From NCBI GenBank assembly GCA_965262815.1, contig OZ253560.1, positions 1,715,287 to 1,779,286 of the forward strand: a stretch of 64,000 nucleotides of DNA, read 5' to 3'. Origin of the DNA: a bacterium (lineage in GTDB: Bacteria; JAAXHH01). The notes under the pieces were generated by a model that saw only the letters and a list, made by a program, of their open reading frames with translations, was not told the origin of the DNA and made no database searches. Both the position numbers and the translations under genes were made by a program. Below are positions 47,787-57,277 of the stretch, piece by piece (position 1 is the stretch's first letter; each line of letters opens with the position of its first letter).

Positions 47787-47816
47787 GCGGTAAGCTTTGT
47801 CTGAATGCAGCATGAA

Positions 47817-47855
47817 ACCCCGGCGCGTATTCGCATTCACGCCGGGGTTTTTTTC
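47817..47855 (+). terminator. Rho-independent terminator after rpoD
   Basis: ccccggcg-N14-cgccggggttttttt. Confidence 0.7.
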
Positions 47856-47993
47856 GTGTCGTGTGGAACCGTATGCCGGCCTGGACGGTTCTTAGAAAAT
47901 AGTTGTTTCAAGCCCGTTTCAACTGTAGTTTGATCCGTGGTATCAATCGAAATCGAGCGCGGTCCCGGGTACGGGAACAAGGGAAGAAGAGAC

Positions 47994-50900
47994 ATGCTCA
48001 CGCAGATGAAAGGCCTGATCGCCAGAACTTTCGGCACCAAGCACGACAGGGACGTCAAGCGACTGGAACCCATCGCAGAAATCGTGAACGAATGGGCCGA
48101 CGAATACCAGGCGCTTGGCGAAGATCAATTCCCCGACAAAACGAGGGAGTTCCGGGGCAGGTGGGAAGAAGGCGAGTCGCTGGACGACATCCTGCCCGAA
48201 GCCTTCGGGCTGGTAAAGGAAGCGTGCAGACGCATGATCGGAAAATCCTGGACGGTTCCGGGGCAGGGCGAGATGGTCTGGGACATGACGCCCTACGACG
48301 TACAGATCATCGGCGGCATCGTGCTCCACGAAGGAAAAATCGCCGAGATGGCGACGGGCGAAGGCAAGACGCTCGTGGCCCTGTTCCCCATGTATCTCAA
48401 CGGCCTGACCGGCCAGGGCGCCCATCTGGTGACGCACAACGAGTTCCTCGCCAAGCGCGACCGGGCCTGGATGGGGCCGGTCTTCGAGTTCCTCGGTCTC
48501 ACCGTCGAGTGCCTGGAGACCAATGACCCGGATATGGAACGGAAGAAGGCGGGCTACCTGGCAGACGTTACCTACGGCACCACCAACGAATTCGGCTTCG
48601 ACTACCTACGGGACAACATGAAGTGGCGTCTGGAGGATCGCGTGCAGCGGGGACGCAGCTACGCCATCGTCGACGAGGTTGATTCGATCCTGATCGACGA
48701 AGCCCGCACGCCTCTCATCATCGCCGGAGAGGTAAGCGAATCGAACAGCGGCAAGTACGCCGAATCGCTGCCGGACGTACAGAAACTGATGCGCGCGCAG
48801 ACCCGCTTCGTGGCCAGGATCATCGCAGAAGCCGAAGCGGTGTTGGACGAAGCCGAGTACGCCTCCGACGCCGGGATCAAATTGTTACAGGCGCAGCGGG
48901 GCATGCCTAAGAACAAGAAACTGCTCAAAATTCAGCAGGAGACCGGCATCAAGAAACTGATACAGCAGGTGGAAGGTGATTTCATCCGGGAGAAAAAGTT
49001 GCCGGTCCTAGACGATGATCTCTTCTTCACGGTGGACGAAAAGACCCGCCACACCGAGATCAACGAGAAGGGCAGGGAATTGCTCTCGCCGGGCGATCAG
49101 GAGCTCTTTATCATTCCCGATCTCAGCGAGGGCATAGTGGAAATCGAATCCGACGCGAGCCTCACCGAACCGCAGAAGGACGAGAAAAAAGCCCAGCTGG
49201 AGAAACTGTACGCCGAACGCAGTGAACGGATCCACAACATGCACCAGCTGCTCCAGGCCTACGCGATTTACGAGAAGGACATCGACTACGTGATCGAGGA
49301 CGACAAGGTCGTCCTGGTGGACACGTTCACGGGCCGCCTGATGTACGGCCGGCGCCTGGCTGAAGGCCTGCACCAGGCCATTGAGGCCAAGGAAGGCGTG
49401 AAAATCGAGCAGGAAACCCGCACGGTCGCCTCCATCACTATCCAGAATTACTTTCGCATGTACGACACGCTGGCGGGCATGACCGGTACGGCGGTGACGG
49501 AAGCGAACGAGTTTTTCGGGATCTATAGTATGGACGTGGTGGAAATACCCACCAACCAACCCGTCCGGCGCATGGACTACGAAGACCTGGTCTACCGGAC
49601 CCGCCGGGAGAAGTACAACGCTGTCCTCGACGAGATCGAGGAGATAAACACCCGTCGGCGTCCGATCCTGATCGGGACCACGTCCGTCGACGCCTCGGAG
49701 ACGCTGAGTCGCATGCTGAAGAGGCGGGGTATCAAGCACAACGTGCTCAACGCCAAGTTTCACCAGCAGGAAGCCGAAATCATCGCGAACGCCGGGCAGC
49801 CCGAGTCCGTGACCATCGCCACCAATATGGCTGGCCGAGGGACCGACATCAAACTCGGCGCCGGTGTGGTGAAGTGCGATCGCTGCCACCTTGTAAACGG
49901 CGAACCAATGAACACCCCCACCGCGGAAGGGCTGACCGTGAGGGACTGCATGGCCGATATGCCCTGCGGACTCCATATCATCGGAACGGAGCGCCACGAA
50001 GCCCGGCGCATCGACCGGCAGCTCCGCGGCCGGTCCGGCCGCCAGGGTGACCCCGGTTCCTCTCGATTCTTTCTCTCTCTCGAGGACGACCTGATGCGTC
50101 TCTTCGGGTCAGAGCGCATCGCCGCCGTCATGGACCGCCTGAAGATACCGGAAGGCGAAGTGATCGAACATTCCATGGTCACCCGCTCCATAGAACGGGC
50201 GCAAAAACGGGTGGAAGCCCAGCATTTCGACATGCGGAAGCACGTGCTCGAGTACGACAACGTCATGAATCAGCAGCGCGAAGCCGTGTACGACCGCCGC
50301 CTGCACGCCCTTGAGCGGAAAGACCTCCGGAACGACGTCATCGAAATGATTCGCGGCGTAGCGGAACGGAAGGTCGCGGAATACACCGATCCCAAGAGCT
50401 ATCCCGAGGACTGGGAGCTGGATGCGCTGAGCGCCGACCTGGCCCGCAACTTCCACGTCGCCGTGGTGGTGGCCGAAGAAGAAATGTCCGATTTGAACGT
50501 AGAGTCGCTGGTGGAACTGGTCAACGAGAAGATGTTGGAATCCTACGAGCGTAAGGAATCGGGGCTGGCGCCGTCACCGGAACTGATGCGCGACCTCGAG
50601 CGCTTCGCAACCCTCCACGTCATCGACAATGCCTGGCAGGAGCACCTGTACGAGATCGATCGGATGCGGGAGGGCATCGGCCTGCGCGCCTACGGCCAAC
50701 TGGATCCCCTGATCCAGTATAAGAAAGAAGCCTACGCGATGTTCGAAGAATTGTGGGACCGGCTGGACGAGGAGATCGTCAAGACCGTGTTCAATGCCGA
50801 ACTGGCCGAAACGCGGGTGCCGCGTCAGGAAACCCCGACCAATATGCGGGAGATTCACCAGGAAGCCCCGGCCATGGCCGGCATGTCGGCGGTAGATACC

Positions 50901-51068
50901 GATGAAACCGCCGGCGCCCAACGGGGTGAACGGCGGGGGTCAGGCTCCAGCGAAAGATCATCCCGGTCGAAACCCGTCAAGGTCGAACAGAAAGTCGGCC
51001 GAAACGCACCCTGTCCCTGCGGAAGCGGTAAGAAGTACAAGAAGTGTCACGGCGCGGGCGTCGCCTGA
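47994..51068 (+). CDS. secA: Preprotein translocase ATPase SecA
   Basis: N-terminal MLTQMKGLIARTFGTKHDRDVKRL, DEAD-like motor, and C-terminal zinc finger CPCGSGKKYKKCHG. The start is chosen at MLTQMK. Confidence 0.96.
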   Translation: MLTQMKGLIARTFGTKHDRDVKRLEPIAEIVNEWADEYQALGEDQFPDKTREFRGRWEEGESLDDILPEAFGLVKEACRRMIGKSWTVPGQGEMVWDMTPYDVQIIGGIVLHEGKIAEMATGEGKTLVALFPMYLNGLTGQGAHLVTHNEFLAKRDRAWMGPVFEFLGLTVECLETNDPDMERKKAGYLADVTYGTTNEFGFDYLRDNMKWRLEDRVQRGRSYAIVDEVDSILIDEARTPLIIAGEVSESNSGKYAESLPDVQKLMRAQTRFVARIIAEAEAVLDEAEYASDAGIKLLQAQRGMPKNKKLLKIQQETGIKKLIQQVEGDFIREKKLPVLDDDLFFTVDEKTRHTEINEKGRELLSPGDQELFIIPDLSEGIVEIESDASLTEPQKDEKKAQLEKLYAERSERIHNMHQLLQAYAIYEKDIDYVIEDDKVVLVDTFTGRLMYGRRLAEGLHQAIEAKEGVKIEQETRTVASITIQNYFRMYDTLAGMTGTAVTEANEFFGIYSMDVVEIPTNQPVRRMDYEDLVYRTRREKYNAVLDEIEEINTRRRPILIGTTSVDASETLSRMLKRRGIKHNVLNAKFHQQEAEIIANAGQPESVTIATNMAGRGTDIKLGAGVVKCDRCHLVNGEPMNTPTAEGLTVRDCMADMPCGLHIIGTERHEARRIDRQLRGRSGRQGDPGSSRFFLSLEDDLMRLFGSERIAAVMDRLKIPEGEVIEHSMVTRSIERAQKRVEAQHFDMRKHVLEYDNVMNQQREAVYDRRLHALERKDLRNDVIEMIRGVAERKVAEYTDPKSYPEDWELDALSADLARNFHVAVVVAEEEMSDLNVESLVELVNEKMLESYERKESGLAPSPELMRDLERFATLHVIDNAWQEHLYEIDRMREGIGLRAYGQLDPLIQYKKEAYAMFEELWDRLDEEIVKTVFNAELAETRVPRQETPTNMREIHQEAPAMAGMSAVDTDETAGAQRGERRGSGSSERSSRSKPVKVEQKVGRNAPCPCGSGKKYKKCHGAGVA

Positions 51069-51076
51069 CATACCCT

Positions 51077-51853
51077 CTATTCGTCCTCGGCGCCGATCTG
51101 GCCCAGGTCCAGGTCCACCTCATCGCGCCGCTGGTTCCTGGCGATCCTTCCATCCTGCACCCACAGGATGCGGTCTGATACATCCAGCATCTTCAGATCG
51201 TGGGTCGCGGAAATGATCGTCACCTGCTTCTCCTGGTTCAACTCTCTCAATAGTTCGATAATCTCGCGGCCCGTTTTCCGGTCCAGGTTTCCAGTGGGTT
51301 CATCGGCGAGTACGATGGCCGGATCGTTGGCCAGCGCGCGGGCGACGGCGACGCGCTGTTGCTGCCCGCCGGACAGTTCCAGCGGTTTGTGCTGCACACG
51401 TTCTCCCAGGCCCACGAGCGAGAGCAGGGAAACGCCCTTGTCGATGGCTTCATCCGTAGCCAGTCCGGCGAAAATCATCGGCAGGGTCACGTTTTCCAGG
51501 GCGGTCATGACCGGAATCAGGTTGAAAGTCTGAAAGATGTAACCGATCTTCCGGCATCGCAACCAGGCCAGTTCGTAGGCGTCCAACTGGGCGACGTCGA
51601 CCTCATCGATGTAGACCTTGCCTTCCGTGGGCTTGTCCAGCGCGCCGATCATGTTGAACAGGGTGGACTTCCCCGAACCGGAAGGACCCATGATGGATAT
51701 GTACTCTCCACGCTGCACTTCCATGTCTATGCCCTTGAGGGCCTCGAGGGAGAGTTTACCCATCAGGTAGACTTTTTTTACGCCGCGTGTACGAACGATA
51801 TTCTGCGTTTCGGTCTCCGGCGCATCCATTACCGCGGTCTGTTCTTCCGACAT
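51077..51853 (-). CDS. ABC transporter ATP-binding protein, MacB/LolD-type
   Basis: Walker A GPSGSGKST, Q-loop block FQTFNLIPVMTALENV (MacB/LolD-type), LSGGQQQRVAVARA signature, Walker B ILADEPTGNLD. Confidence 0.9.
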   Translation of the reverse strand: MSEEQTAVMDAPETETQNIVRTRGVKKVYLMGKLSLEALKGIDMEVQRGEYISIMGPSGSGKSTLFNMIGALDKPTEGKVYIDEVDVAQLDAYELAWLRCRKIGYIFQTFNLIPVMTALENVTLPMIFAGLATDEAIDKGVSLLSLVGLGERVQHKPLELSGGQQQRVAVARALANDPAIVLADEPTGNLDRKTGREIIELLRELNQEKQVTIISATHDLKMLDVSDRILWVQDGRIARNQRRDEVDLDLGQIGAEDE

Positions 51854-51923
51854 ATCCTGCCCCTTTCACGGGTCCGTTCCAGGTCCGGTCGTTCCGGCAT
51901 GGCGTTCCAGTTGATATTCGACG

Positions 51924-52586
51924 TTAAACTTCCGTGCGCATGGCGTCGGCCGGCGGCATCTGCGATGCCCTGTACGCGGGATACAGCGCCCCGATGATGG
52001 CGAGGCCCAACCCGGCGCCCAGCGAATACAATCCGCTACGGGCGACATCCACCACGGGAAAAAATACCAGCGGATCCCACCCATACGATGACATCATGGA
52101 AACCGTCATGAACAGGCATCCGAGTATTACCCCGCCCACCGATCCCACCAGACCCTGGAAGGTGGACTCGAGCACGAAAATCTGAATGATGAATTTGTCC
52201 AGGGCTCCCAGGCATTTCATGGTCCCGATTTCCCGGTACCGTTCGGTCACCGACATCAACATGGCATTGGTGATACCGACCACGCAGACCAGCAGCGAAA
52301 GAGAAACGAGCCATATCTGTTGCGTGGCCGAGTCTCCGTCGGCGCCCTTCTGTTCCAGCAGTGCCCTGACCTGCGGGGAGCCGTTTTCCACGAGTACCTC
52401 GTTAATGGATGCTCCGACCAGGATGGACATCAGGAAGGCGATGGCGAAAAAGATGCCGCCGATCGTGATCATCGACCGCCAGAACCTGATTTTCAGGCTG
52501 CGGAAACTGATCTCGATCGCCTTGGACAAGGGCAGCGATATCTGCTTCTCGGTCGTACCGGCCGTCGTGACCGATTCTGTCGTCAT
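51924..52586 (-). CDS. Short 4-TM FtsX-family ABC permease
   Basis: 220 aa. TM1 (ITIGGIFFAIAFLMSIL), a short periplasmic loop of about 35 aa, then three C-terminal TMs typical of the FtsX/MacB permease fold. Confidence 0.7.
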   Translation of the reverse strand: MTTESVTTAGTTEKQISLPLSKAIEISFRSLKIRFWRSMITIGGIFFAIAFLMSILVGASINEVLVENGSPQVRALLEQKGADGDSATQQIWLVSLSLLVCVVGITNAMLMSVTERYREIGTMKCLGALDKFIIQIFVLESTFQGLVGSVGGVILGCLFMTVSMMSSYGWDPLVFFPVVDVARSGLYSLGAGLGLAIIGALYPAYRASQMPPADAMRTEV

Positions 52587-52978
52587 GCGCTCTTCTCTCC
52601 TTTTGTGTTTGCCACGGCCAGTCCGATCAATCCTTTTTCCGTGAGTTGTTTCAGATAGGTCAGCGTGGAGACTTCCGCTTCCTTCCGTTCGAGTTTGTAC
52701 TCGTTCCGTATCGTAGATATGACGTGATCCACCGTGTTCTGTCCGTCACAGAGCTCCCAGAGGAAGGAACCTATCCGGTCCAGCACCACCGTTCTCCGGC
52801 CGGGCACGTAGAATACCCTGGACAGCAGGTTGATCCACCAGGTTTTACGCCTGGGAATGCCCAGCACTATTTCCCCGTCGGAGTTTTCTTCACAGGTCAG
52901 TTTTCCGTTGCGTATCGGCTTCGAACGCAGTAACTCCCTGCGCGGCAGCGAGGGCGATTTCTTTCGAAAGAGCGACAT
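52583..52978 (-). CDS. PqqD-family / RiPP-recognition-element (RRE)-like small protein
   Basis: GEIVLGIP...VVLDRIGSFLWELCDGQNTVDHVISTIRNEYKLERKEAEVSTLTYLKQLTEKGLIG matches the PqqD pattern (beta strands, then Lnxxga-iWelldG-rtv-eiv--l--eY-v---ea--dv--fl--L---gli). ATGA overlap with the FtsX gene. Confidence 0.6.
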   Translation of the reverse strand: MSLFRKKSPSLPRRELLRSKPIRNGKLTCEENSDGEIVLGIPRRKTWWINLLSRVFYVPGRRTVVLDRIGSFLWELCDGQNTVDHVISTIRNEYKLERKEAEVSTLTYLKQLTEKGLIGLAVANTKGEKSA

Positions 52979-53036
52979 CGTTTACGACCCGTGAGAACGG
53001 TTACCGCCCTGGAAAGGGCGTTCCCGACTCGTACAT

Positions 53037-53981
53037 TCAGTGGCACATCACCGTGCCGGCGATTTCATCCAGGACGTCCAACCGGTGCGCCTCGTCCATG
53101 TGGCGCAGCGCATAGAGCCTATTGCCATCGATACAATGCCAGACGCAACAACTCAATGGTTTTTTTCGCGGTCGGCGCCAGGGCAGCCATGCCATCTTGC
53201 TGTGAACCGTCTCGGGATCCACCCCCTCACCCGTTCCCCGGATACCCGGGTGATCAAAGCAGGTACCATGGAATTCAGCCCAGTTTTCGATCTCGCGTCC
53301 ATAGGTATCCTGGAACCAGTCTTCGAACGTTCGGTTTTCGAGATGCATCTCGGCGAGACTCATTCTTTCCAGTTCCAATCTGGCGCCGCCGCTTTCAAAT
53401 GTCAACTCGATCCGTCCCGTCAGGAACGAGTGCTTCTTCAAGGACCAGGCGGCAGGAAGTTCGAGTTTCATCCCGTAAACGGCCCAGACGGCCACTTCGC
53501 CGCGCGCATGGTCGTCCAGGGTGTTCAGTAGCTTCGAGGCCAGGGCCATGAGGGATTCTCCTCCGCGGCCGAGCACCTGTGCGAAGACCGTCCTTCCGCA
53601 GGTTTCGCACATCCAGAGACTTCCATAGGCCTGCAGGGGATCCCGTCCTTCCGTGCGCCAGTGGAATCCCTCCACCGTTCTATCCTGTAATACGGACTCG
53701 TTTTTAATAAGCCCCAGGTCCCTCCGCACCTTGACCGGGGGTGCTTTCTTTCCTCCCTTTCCGGCCAGGTTCTTCAGGTATCTCGCGACTACCTGGTCGA
53801 CCGGCTCCCCGCCGCGGGTACGCTCCCACCTCAGTTCGAAGCGGGGCATTTCCGCATCGTCGAGCCGCAGGTAGCCCGTAGCATTATCCCCCGTTACCGC
53901 GCCGATGCTCCACTCTTCCGGCCTTTCGAAATACAGGTGCTGCCAACCGGTAACAGCCCAATTTGAAGTTCCGCGATTCAT
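53037..53981 (-). CDS. Hypothetical 314-aa soluble Cys/His/Trp-rich protein of unknown family
   Basis: Protein-like composition with no TM segments and no recognisable catalytic motif. Cys clusters CETCGR, CCVWHC and C-terminal MCH. ATGA overlap with pgsA upstream. Confidence 0.55.
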   Translation of the reverse strand: MNRGTSNWAVTGWQHLYFERPEEWSIGAVTGDNATGYLRLDDAEMPRFELRWERTRGGEPVDQVVARYLKNLAGKGGKKAPPVKVRRDLGLIKNESVLQDRTVEGFHWRTEGRDPLQAYGSLWMCETCGRTVFAQVLGRGGESLMALASKLLNTLDDHARGEVAVWAVYGMKLELPAAWSLKKHSFLTGRIELTFESGGARLELERMSLAEMHLENRTFEDWFQDTYGREIENWAEFHGTCFDHPGIRGTGEGVDPETVHSKMAWLPWRRPRKKPLSCCVWHCIDGNRLYALRHMDEAHRLDVLDEIAGTVMCH

Positions 53982-54640
53982 GGGGCCTTGTCACCTCGCG
54001 GTGGACCCTGACCGCCCATCGATCCGGGGGTGCCGGGGCCGTTTACCGGTGACCGGTCCGCCTGCGACCGGGCCGCCCGCGCGAACCCGATGGCGTAATG
54101 AATACCCGATCCGACGACGCAACAGAGCGCCGCCCACAGGGCCCACTCCCCGTAAGGTTGCAGGTCCAGGGTGTAAAGGATGAGCGTGCCTCCCATGACG
54201 AGCGTGGTCAGCTTGCCGATCCGGTCTGCGGGAATGACCATGCTGCCCGGTTTGAGATACAGGTACACGCCCGCGCCCAGTATGGACAGGTCGCGGGTTA
54301 TGATCAGCGCCGCGGTCCACAGGGGAAATTCACGAAACAGGACCAGGAAGACCGCCATGCTGCCGACCAGGATCTTGTCGGCCAGTGGGTCGAGGACAAG
54401 CCCCCATTTACTTTGCCAGTCGAACCGTCGCGCCAGGTAACCATCGGCCGCGTCCGTCAGAAAGGCCCAGCCAAGCAGGATGGAAACGCCCAGGTACGAA
54501 TCCCGGGCGAATCCCCAGTATATGAAGGGTACGGCGACTATGCGGGAAAGGGACAGCAGGTTGGGCGGCGACCAGAACCATCCCGCCTTCTCATCCGGTA
54601 CGATATCCGGGTTCATGTCGCTGTCCTGTACGTTGCTCAT
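53978..54640 (-). CDS. pgsA: CDP-alcohol phosphatidyltransferase (PgsA-like)
   Basis: DAADGYLARRFDWQSKWGLVLDPLADK is the CDP-OH_P_transf signature D-G-x2-A-R-x8-G-x3-D-x3-D. Multi-TM protein. Confidence 0.85.
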   Translation of the reverse strand: MSNVQDSDMNPDIVPDEKAGWFWSPPNLLSLSRIVAVPFIYWGFARDSYLGVSILLGWAFLTDAADGYLARRFDWQSKWGLVLDPLADKILVGSMAVFLVLFREFPLWTAALIITRDLSILGAGVYLYLKPGSMVIPADRIGKLTTLVMGGTLILYTLDLQPYGEWALWAALCCVVGSGIHYAIGFARAARSQADRSPVNGPGTPGSMGGQGPPRGDKAP

Positions 54641-56346
54641 ACCGCCGCCGTGCGCCGCAGCATTTCACGGGCGTGGGTAAGGGCCATGGTGTCCACCGTT
54701 TCTCCCGCCAGCATCCGGGCAATCTCCTGGACCCTGCCGTCTTCGTCCAGGTGATCGACCAGCGTGACGGATTTGCCTCGAGTGGACTGCTTGTGCACGG
54801 TAAAATGCGTACGGCCCCAGCAGGCCACCTGGTGAAGATGGGTAATACAAAGCACCTGGTGGTCCCTCGACAGCAGTTTCAACCGGTGACCGACCGATTC
54901 GGCGATGCGTCCACCGATGCCTATATCCAGTTCGTCGAACACCAGTGTAGGCATACGGTCCGATTCGGCAAGGATCACCTTCAGGGCCAGCATGATCCGG
55001 GATATCTCCCCGCCGGACGCGATGTTCACCAGCGGTTTGAGCTCTTCTCCGGCATTGGGCGAAATCAAGAATTCGATCCGGTCCATCCCGCGGGCGTCCA
55101 CCCGGTAAGTGCGGCCGTCGATACGAAGCGGGCCGTCATCGGACTCCTGCCATGCAATCCCCACCTGGAATCCCGTCTTTTCCATGCCGAGTTCCGCCAG
55201 CTCCGCCACCACCCTGCGTTCCAGTTTGCGCGCTACTTGCTTTCGCCGGTCCGAGAGGGTCCTGGCCCTCTCCGTCAGTTCTTGCCGGGCCGTATCCACT
55301 TCGGCGCCTATCCGGTCCCTGCTTTCGTCGACAGAGTCCATTCGGCCGAGTTCCACGGCGATCTGGTCACGGTAGGCAGACACCTCCTCGAGCGTTGCGC
55401 CGTATTTGCGCTTGAGACGCCCAATGAGATCCAGGCGGTCGAGCACCTCCTCCAGGCGCACCGGATCGTACTCGATGCGATCCCGGTACCGCTGTAGGAA
55501 ATCGGCGCAGTCGTCCAACTGGTAACGCGCGCCCCGAATACCCTCGAGCGCTTCGCCCAGCGAGGGATCGATACGCTCCGATTCCTCGAGTAAGCGGATG
55601 ATCCCGGCCAGTCTGTCGACGATCGCGTCGTCCCGCTCGGCGAGGGCCTCTTGGGCGTCGGAGGCGACACGGATCAACTGCTCGGCGTGTTCCAGGACGG
55701 CCCGCTCCCGGTCCAGGTCTTCGTCCTCTCCCGGTGTCATCTCCGCCCGGTCGAGCTCGTCCAGTTGAAAGCGGTACAGGTCTTCCCGCTCCCGGGTGTT
55801 GGCGAGTTCACTGTCCAGCTTCCTCAGCGCTTCGGTCCGTTCTGCGAAACGCCGGTAGGCTTCGGCGACGTGTTGTTTCGGTTCTCCGATGTCCACGAAT
55901 CCGTCCAGGAATTCCTGGTGGGTCCGCGGGTTCAACAAAGACTGGTGGTCGTGCTGTCCGTGCAGGTCCACCAGCAGGACGCCCAGTCTCTTGAGGACGG
56001 AGACCGTGACCAGGCTGCCGTTGATCGTGCACCTGCTGCGGCCGTCGCGACTGACCTCCCTCCTGACGATGAGCGTCCGGTCTTCGGGGTCAACGCCGAT
56101 TTCCGACAGCAGGACCTGAACCGGCGCGTCGCTTTCCCATTCAAACAACCCTTCGATCGTCGCGGTCTGCTCGCCGCTTCGTATGGACTCCGACGTGGCG
56201 CGATCACCAAGTATGAGCCCCAGCGCACCAATCAGGATGGACTTGCCGGATCCGGTTTCACCCGTAAGTACGTTCAACCCGGGGGTGAATTCGATATCCA
56301 CCTCGTCCAGCAGTGCGTAGTTTCTTACCCTCAGGTTCGCGAGCAT
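54637..56346 (-). CDS. recN: DNA repair protein RecN
   Basis: N-terminal Walker A GETGSGKSILIGALGLILG, coiled coil, C-terminal signature/Walker B. 569 aa. Confidence 0.95.
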   Translation of the reverse strand: MLANLRVRNYALLDEVDIEFTPGLNVLTGETGSGKSILIGALGLILGDRATSESIRSGEQTATIEGLFEWESDAPVQVLLSEIGVDPEDRTLIVRREVSRDGRSRCTINGSLVTVSVLKRLGVLLVDLHGQHDHQSLLNPRTHQEFLDGFVDIGEPKQHVAEAYRRFAERTEALRKLDSELANTREREDLYRFQLDELDRAEMTPGEDEDLDRERAVLEHAEQLIRVASDAQEALAERDDAIVDRLAGIIRLLEESERIDPSLGEALEGIRGARYQLDDCADFLQRYRDRIEYDPVRLEEVLDRLDLIGRLKRKYGATLEEVSAYRDQIAVELGRMDSVDESRDRIGAEVDTARQELTERARTLSDRRKQVARKLERRVVAELAELGMEKTGFQVGIAWQESDDGPLRIDGRTYRVDARGMDRIEFLISPNAGEELKPLVNIASGGEISRIMLALKVILAESDRMPTLVFDELDIGIGGRIAESVGHRLKLLSRDHQVLCITHLHQVACWGRTHFTVHKQSTRGKSVTLVDHLDEDGRVQEIARMLAGETVDTMALTHAREMLRRTAAV

Positions 56347-56389
56347 AGGTCACAGCAGGATTGATGTGACGGGATGATTCCCAGATGAT

Positions 56390-57277
56390 TCAGCGTTCAC
56401 CCCATTTCAGCTTCGTACGCAATACATCGTAAAAAGACCGTTCCGCGAACCGGATCAGCTGGACGGTGTGTGACGCCCGGAAAATCTCGACAGAGTTTCC
56501 AGGCTGTATAGCCACGTTTTCCTGGCCGTCCATCGTGAGCAGGAGATCGGGATGGTCGGCCCGTACTTCTATCATGATGCGGTCCTGCGCGGAAAGCACC
56601 ATGGATCGGTTCGACAGGGTATGGGGACAGATGGGCGAGACGACGATCGCCTCCATATGGGGCGCCACGATCGGGCCGCCCGCCGCCAGCGAGTAAGCCG
56701 TGGACCCGGTCGGCGTGGAGACGATCAACCCGTCGGCGAATACGTTGTTTACAAATTGGCCGTTAACATAAATGCTCAATTCTATGACCCGGCAGATCGA
56801 TCCCTTGTCGATCACGATATCGTTCAGCGCGCAGAAGCCTTCATCGCGATCGTTTTGCGTTGTAGGTCCGTTTCCAATCCTTCCCTGCAGGACCTGCCTC
56901 TTGTCCAGTGTAAATTCGCCGTCGAAAACCCTTTCAACGGCAACTCCCAGCTCCTCGGGCGTCGTCTGCATCATGAACCCGAGCTTGCCTGAGTTGACCC
57001 CCAGGATGGGAATGCCGGAAGGTCCCACCAGGCGCGCGGTTTTGAGCAGGGTCCCGTCCCCCCCGATGGCGATGACCCAGTCGACGTCCCGTGCGGCCCC
57101 ATCGTCCGTTGCGACGACCAGGCAGTTCCGCCGGGATTCCTCTTCGGTGACCATTTCGGCCAGTTCGGCCGAAAGCGTTGGCCGTCCCGACCGCGACGAA
57201 AGCAGACGGGCTAGTTCCGGTATCAGGTGGCTGACCACGGGCCGGGCGGGATTGGCTATGATGCCCACGCGATTCAT
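56390..57277 (-). CDS. nadK: NAD+ kinase
   Basis: GGDGTLL motif and NSGKLGFM. Confidence 0.92.
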   Translation of the reverse strand: MNRVGIIANPARPVVSHLIPELARLLSSRSGRPTLSAELAEMVTEEESRRNCLVVATDDGAARDVDWVIAIGGDGTLLKTARLVGPSGIPILGVNSGKLGFMMQTTPEELGVAVERVFDGEFTLDKRQVLQGRIGNGPTTQNDRDEGFCALNDIVIDKGSICRVIELSIYVNGQFVNNVFADGLIVSTPTGSTAYSLAAGGPIVAPHMEAIVVSPICPHTLSNRSMVLSAQDRIMIEVRADHPDLLLTMDGQENVAIQPGNSVEIFRASHTVQLIRFAERSFYDVLRTKLKWGER

